Below, piece after piece: positions 59,980 to 64,000 of a stretch of DNA of 64,000 bases. The stretch's first letter is position 1; each line of letters starts with the position of its first letter. This DNA comes from Ignavibacteriota bacterium. Lineage in GTDB: Bacteria; Bacteroidota; Ignavibacteria; UBA10030. The notes under the pieces are model-generated. The model saw only the letters and a program-made list of their open reading frames with translations, was not told the origin of the DNA and did not search any database. Made by a program: the position numbers and the translations under genes. Location of the stretch: contig OY969585.1 in assembly GCA_963701295.1 (NCBI GenBank), forward strand, positions 1,152,001 through 1,216,000. The letters are read 5' to 3'.

Positions 59980-60073
59980 TGAGGCCATCATTTTCAGATA
60001 TTTTTTTACTCTTGTATTCGGCAGCCTGAACAAGCGCTGCCGAAGAATAAACAAGAAGATTGAATAGTGTAAG

Positions 60074-60580
60074 CTACCATTTCCCGTTTTTAATAATAAT
60101 CTCTGCGATCTTTTTTAGCTGTTCCTGCGTGAGAATCGGTTTCATTGTTTTAAAGTCGAGGGATGTTGAGATCGTCACCCAGTGCGTTCCCTTCCGCACC
60201 GAAAGATAATACGGCACCATCTAGGGTGGACCATCGTATGCTTCATCGCCGACTCCTTTCACCGGACTATTATAGACACTCTTGAATGAGCTCGATTGTT
60301 TGGTTTGAGCGAACGCTTTCAGATCGACAATTTCAAATACGACACTTAAGAGTCTTTTTCCATCCGGCTTTACAAAATTCAGATCACCGATCATGTGTTT
60401 ACTTGGATCCTTAGGAGCGGTCTTAAGGCCCTGGATACCTGTTATCTTTGCCACATCGGCAACAGACAACAATTTATCATTCGGTGAATCTGCAGCAAAC
60501 AGAGACACGCCTGAAATACTTATGATGAATATTGCCAGTAGCCATACCGTGCTGAAATTTTTAAGTAGAGATTTCTTCAT
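60074..60580 (-). pseudogene. Secreted hypothetical protein interrupted by an in-frame TAG at 60221-60223
   Basis: Signal peptide; the frame continues 48 codons after the TAG (MVPYYLSVRKG...LTQEQLKKIAEIIIKNGKW*). Confidence 0.65.
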
Positions 60581-60717
60581 AACACCTTCCTTTTTAATAA
60601 GTTTTTTAGACGATGAGTACAAGAAAATGAAAATCTTGAACCATTATAGACAAACAAAATCTACCACTATTACACTGCAATTACAATTGCATTATTCCAG
60701 AAGAGACCGTTCACACA

Positions 60718-61644
60718 TCAGTAAAGGATCCGTTGTTCACCGACCTCTAGCCCTACAATTCGGCCGGAAATCCCTTTGTCCGCTGCAGCCGCTCGAAGCT
60801 GATCAAGCGGACCCTGTGGGTTTGCGGTAGATCCAAAGAGCATTGTGCCGAAATGGATCGGCATCATGTATGTCGCTCCCACATCCTTGAAAATTTCCAG
60901 CGCACCCAGCGGGTTTGCATGCACCTGCGACCCAAAGCCGCTTCCTGAACTCGGGGCAATAGGAATAATTGCCAAGTCAATATTGAAACGACAGCCAATT
61001 TCTTTAAAGAGTTCGGAATTGTAACCGGTATCTCCCGCAAAGAAAACAGCAATTCCTCTGTATTCGATAACATACCCGGTGTACCCGCGTTCTCCCATCC
61101 ATCCGCGGTCAATACTGTACCGGCCGTTGAAATGCTGTACCGGAATCGCCGTGATGCAGACGCTGTCGCTCTCGATTACATCCCATGGTTTCATCTCTTC
61201 AACTTCCTGAAAACCAAAATCCGGAACATACTCTGCAAGCCCATCAGGGAAAACCAGCATTCCGTTCTTCGGAAGCATATCGAGACTGCCATAACTGAGA
61301 TGATCGAGATGCATATGCGAAATAAGTGTGAAATCTACTTTTGTAAGGAGAGTCGGATCGAGTCCGGGTTTGACAGCACGCTTGACAACCATACCGATTG
61401 TGTTTGTAAAAAGTGGATCGGTAATAAAAATCTTGTCGTAAATCTGGATGAGCGCAGTTGCATGCCCGACCCACGACACAGCCAGCTTCACATTTTGAAG
61501 TACCGGTGTTGTGATCATATGCGGGGCAGGCGGGATCGGCTCGCCGATTCTTGTGAGCGACTGCCATATTGTGCGCTGGATATATGAACTACAGCCGCTC
61601 AGCACGAAGACGAGCGATACAAGAGTGAAATGCCGATACTTCAT
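60718..61644 (-). CDS. MBL-fold metallo-hydrolase (RomA/NAPE-PLD-like), lipoprotein
   Basis: LSGC lipobox; WVGHAT, SHMHLDH, FAGDTG, PIHFGT. Confidence 0.9.
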   Translation of the reverse strand: MKYRHFTLVSLVFVLSGCSSYIQRTIWQSLTRIGEPIPPAPHMITTPVLQNVKLAVSWVGHATALIQIYDKIFITDPLFTNTIGMVVKRAVKPGLDPTLLTKVDFTLISHMHLDHLSYGSLDMLPKNGMLVFPDGLAEYVPDFGFQEVEEMKPWDVIESDSVCITAIPVQHFNGRYSIDRGWMGERGYTGYVIEYRGIAVFFAGDTGYNSELFKEIGCRFNIDLAIIPIAPSSGSGFGSQVHANPLGALEIFKDVGATYMMPIHFGTMLFGSTANPQGPLDQLRAAAADKGISGRIVGLEVGEQRILY

Positions 61645-61775
61645 TAAAAGAAAATACGGAATTCATGCAAACTAATCCATTCGAATCCTGTTGACAGTCT
61701 GAAGTTCATATTATCTAACAATGTATGCTGTTTGATTGTCTTCATATAAAAAATTATATTGGTGCATAATTTATT

Positions 61776-61847
<72 letters not shown>

Positions 61848-61938
61848 CATCAGGCATGGTTGCACGCATGTGTCAGAAGTGATTTAAGTAAATGTTCCCT
61901 AAATCCAAACATTCACCAACAAACCAAAAGGAGAAGTC

Positions 61939-62337
61939 ATGAAAAAAGTTCTTATTGGCGCTGTTGTTGTATTTGTGATTTTAGAAGTGCTGGATATTAT
62001 TTTCCACGGTTTCATTCTTGGATCTGTGTACGCGACAATGCAAAATGTTTGGCGTCCCGATATGATGCAGAAAATGTGGATTATGCATATTGTCAAGATC
62101 GTTGTGGCATTCATGTTTACATTTATCTTTTCTAAGGGATACGAGGGAAAAGGACTCATGGAAGGTGCGCGGTATGGATTCTATATCGGTTTGATGTTGA
62201 GCATGGGGTACGCATTCGGTTCGTATGCCTCATTTCGCATCACTTATCAAATCGCATTGCAATGGTTTATCTTTGCGATGTTTGAATACATCATTGCCGG
62301 CATTGGAGTGGCACTGGTATTTGGGAAGAAGAAATAA
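61939..62337 (+). CDS. 4-TM hypothetical membrane protein
   Basis: AAGGAG RBS; EGARYG motif; four hydrophobic helices. Confidence 0.8.
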   Translation: MKKVLIGAVVVFVILEVLDIIFHGFILGSVYATMQNVWRPDMMQKMWIMHIVKIVVAFMFTFIFSKGYEGKGLMEGARYGFYIGLMLSMGYAFGSYASFRITYQIALQWFIFAMFEYIIAGIGVALVFGKKK

Positions 62338-62381
62338 ACATAAGTCGACTGAAATATTGATATTGATGAACGCCTGACTTT

Positions 62382-62408
62382 TGCCCGGTTCTCCTCCGGG
62401 CATTTTTA
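62382..62408 (+). terminator. Intrinsic terminator
   Basis: TGCCCGG-TTCTCCT-CCGGGCA + T run. Confidence 0.8.
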
Positions 62409-62465
62409 TTGGCATTTATAGACGATTGCATCCCATTATTTCTTGCAGTACACTAGAATTATACT

Positions 62466-64000
62466 ATGTCAAAAACTATCAGCCCCAGTATACTCTCTGC
62501 GCAGGATATTGCTGTTCGGTACGGACCTCAAGCCGTTCTTAAAAGTGCTACACTAAATATCCATCAAACCGACAGAATAGGACTCATCGGCAGCAATGGT
62601 TCCGGTAAATCGACCTTGCTCAAAATAATTGCAGGCCTTCTGCAACTGGATTCCGGGTCGATCTCGCGGCGCAGGGACATTATTACCGGATACCTTGCAC
62701 AGGATTTTCAACTCGATTCCACTAAATCGGTCTATGAAAACATTGTGGATGGCGCACACGATGTCATCGATATCATAAGAGAGTACGAGTCGCTTCCCCC
62801 AACTTCGGAGAGCCGTCGTATTCTGGAGGAACAAATTCATCACCGTGATGGATGGAATCTCGAGAACAGGATCGAAACGGCGATGCATTCGCTCAATGTT
62901 CCCGAAAAGGACCGAGCCATCGATACACTTTCTGGGGGAGAAAAACGCCGAGTGGCGCTCTGTCAAGCGATTATCTCGCGTCCTGATTTTCTTATTCTTG
63001 ATGAGCCGACAAATCATCTCGACACTCAGTCGATCGAGTGGGTGGAAGAATTTCTGGTAAATTATTCCGGCGCATGTTTGTTCGTCACGCACGACAGATA
63101 CTTTTTGGATTTAATTGCAAATAGAGTTGTCGAGCTTTCAAATGGTGAATGTTATTCACACGACGGTAATTACAATGATTTTTTGCTGGATAAAATAGAA
63201 CGGGAAGCGCAATTAGAAACCGAAGAGCAGAAGCGCAACAATTTTCTACGCCGTGAACTTGCTTGGGTGCGCCGTGGAGCCCGTGCACGAAGAACGAAGG
63301 CGAAAAGCCGGCTCAAAGTATATTTTGATGCTGTTCAGCAAAAAGACCCTGAACCTGCAGAGGAAGTGGATCTGATCATACCCCCAGCGTCAGGCCTTGG
63401 AACGACGGTTCTTAATTTGAAGAATCTGGGAATGGAACTTGGTGGAAAAAAATTATTTGATGGGTTAAATTTCAAGTTTGACAGGAAACGTAAATTAGGC
63501 ATTATCGGACGCAATGGTCTTGGCAAAACAACATTATTGAAAATTATTTTAGGAAAGCTTCATGCGGCCATAGGCGAGGTTGTCGTTGGCGAGAGGACAG
63601 CGTTCAATTATATCGATCAATCGCGCGTGGCTCTGAATGATGAAAACACAGTCATCCAAGAACTCGGCAACGGGCGGGAATGGATTCTGTTTGGTGAAGA
63701 ACGGATGAAAGTATGGACATATCTTAGGCGCTTCCTTTTTACTGACGACCGGATGAATACCAAAGTCGGAAAACTCTCCGGTGGAGAACGCAGCCGGCTT
63801 CTGCTCGCTAAAGTGCTGAAGAATGGCGGGAATTTCCTCATCCTCGACGAACCGACGAATGATTTGGATCTTTCAACACTGCGCTTGCTGGAAGAAGCGC
63901 TCGCCGCTTTTAAAGGATGCGTGATTGCAGTGAGCCACGATCGATATTTTCTGAACAGAGTTTGCAACGGGATACTTGCATTCGAAGGAGATGGCAAGGT
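62466..64000 (+). CDS. uup: ABC-F family ATPase (Uup-like), 3'-partial; absent from the ORF track
   Basis: Own translation from ATG 62466: GSNGSGKS, SGGEKRR, LDEPTNHLD, ELAWVRRG..ARRTK, second GRNGLGKT / LSGGER / LDEPTND. Confidence 0.88.
   Translation, partial: MSKTISPSILSAQDIAVRYGPQAVLKSATLNIHQTDRIGLIGSNGSGKSTLLKIIAGLLQLDSGSISRRRDIITGYLAQDFQLDSTKSVYENIVDGAHDVIDIIREYESLPPTSESRRILEEQIHHRDGWNLENRIETAMHSLNVPEKDRAIDTLSGGEKRRVALCQAIISRPDFLILDEPTNHLDTQSIEWVEEFLVNYSGACLFVTHDRYFLDLIANRVVELSNGECYSHDGNYNDFLLDKIEREAQLETEEQKRNNFLRRELAWVRRGARARRTKAKSRLKVYFDAVQQKDPEPAEEVDLIIPPASGLGTTVLNLKNLGMELGGKKLFDGLNFKFDRKRKLGIIGRNGLGKTTLLKIILGKLHAAIGEVVVGERTAFNYIDQSRVALNDENTVIQELGNGREWILFGEERMKVWTYLRRFLFTDDRMNTKVGKLSGGERSRLLLAKVLKNGGNFLILDEPTNDLDLSTLRLLEEALAAFKGCVIAVSHDRYFLNRVCNGILAFEGDGK

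Noticed and set aside
62553-63997. Minus-strand ORFs at the right end
   Set aside because: Antisense shadows of the plus-strand ABC-F gene, which lacks a stop in the window

Overview
This is a 64-kb bacterial chromosomal window, most likely from an FCB-group (Ignavibacteria-like) organism. The assignment is inferred from several secreted proteins ending in the F-x-L-x-QNYPNPFNP type-IX-secretion C-terminal domain. The left end (about 3-11.3 kb) is an integron-type gene-cassette array: eight co-oriented cassettes separated by seven complete and one truncated long (154-220 bp) attC sites, with no integrase in the window. Most attC sites carry small parasitic-looking inserts, including a 25-nt hairpin placed at exactly the same L''-box position in three sites. 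Decayed attC remnants continue to about 15.4 kb, and a second small cassette cluster lies at 58.4-60.0 kb. Cassette cargo includes a 2TM + DUF5919-like + radical SAM fusion, a T9SS beta-propeller protein and an outer-membrane barrel interrupted by an in-frame stop. At 29.6-36.2 kb there are two tandem lipoprotein + T9SS protease modules with near-identical terminators; the first lipoprotein is a free-standing homologue of the downstream protease's own propeptide. The rest is largely housekeeping: a PAS two-component system, folD, ymdB, a small glycan locus, purM, valS-queDEFC, dinB, truA, nadCAB, tRNA-Gly(CCC) and an ABC-F ATPase running off the right end. All family assignments come from motifs read by eye, not from database searches.
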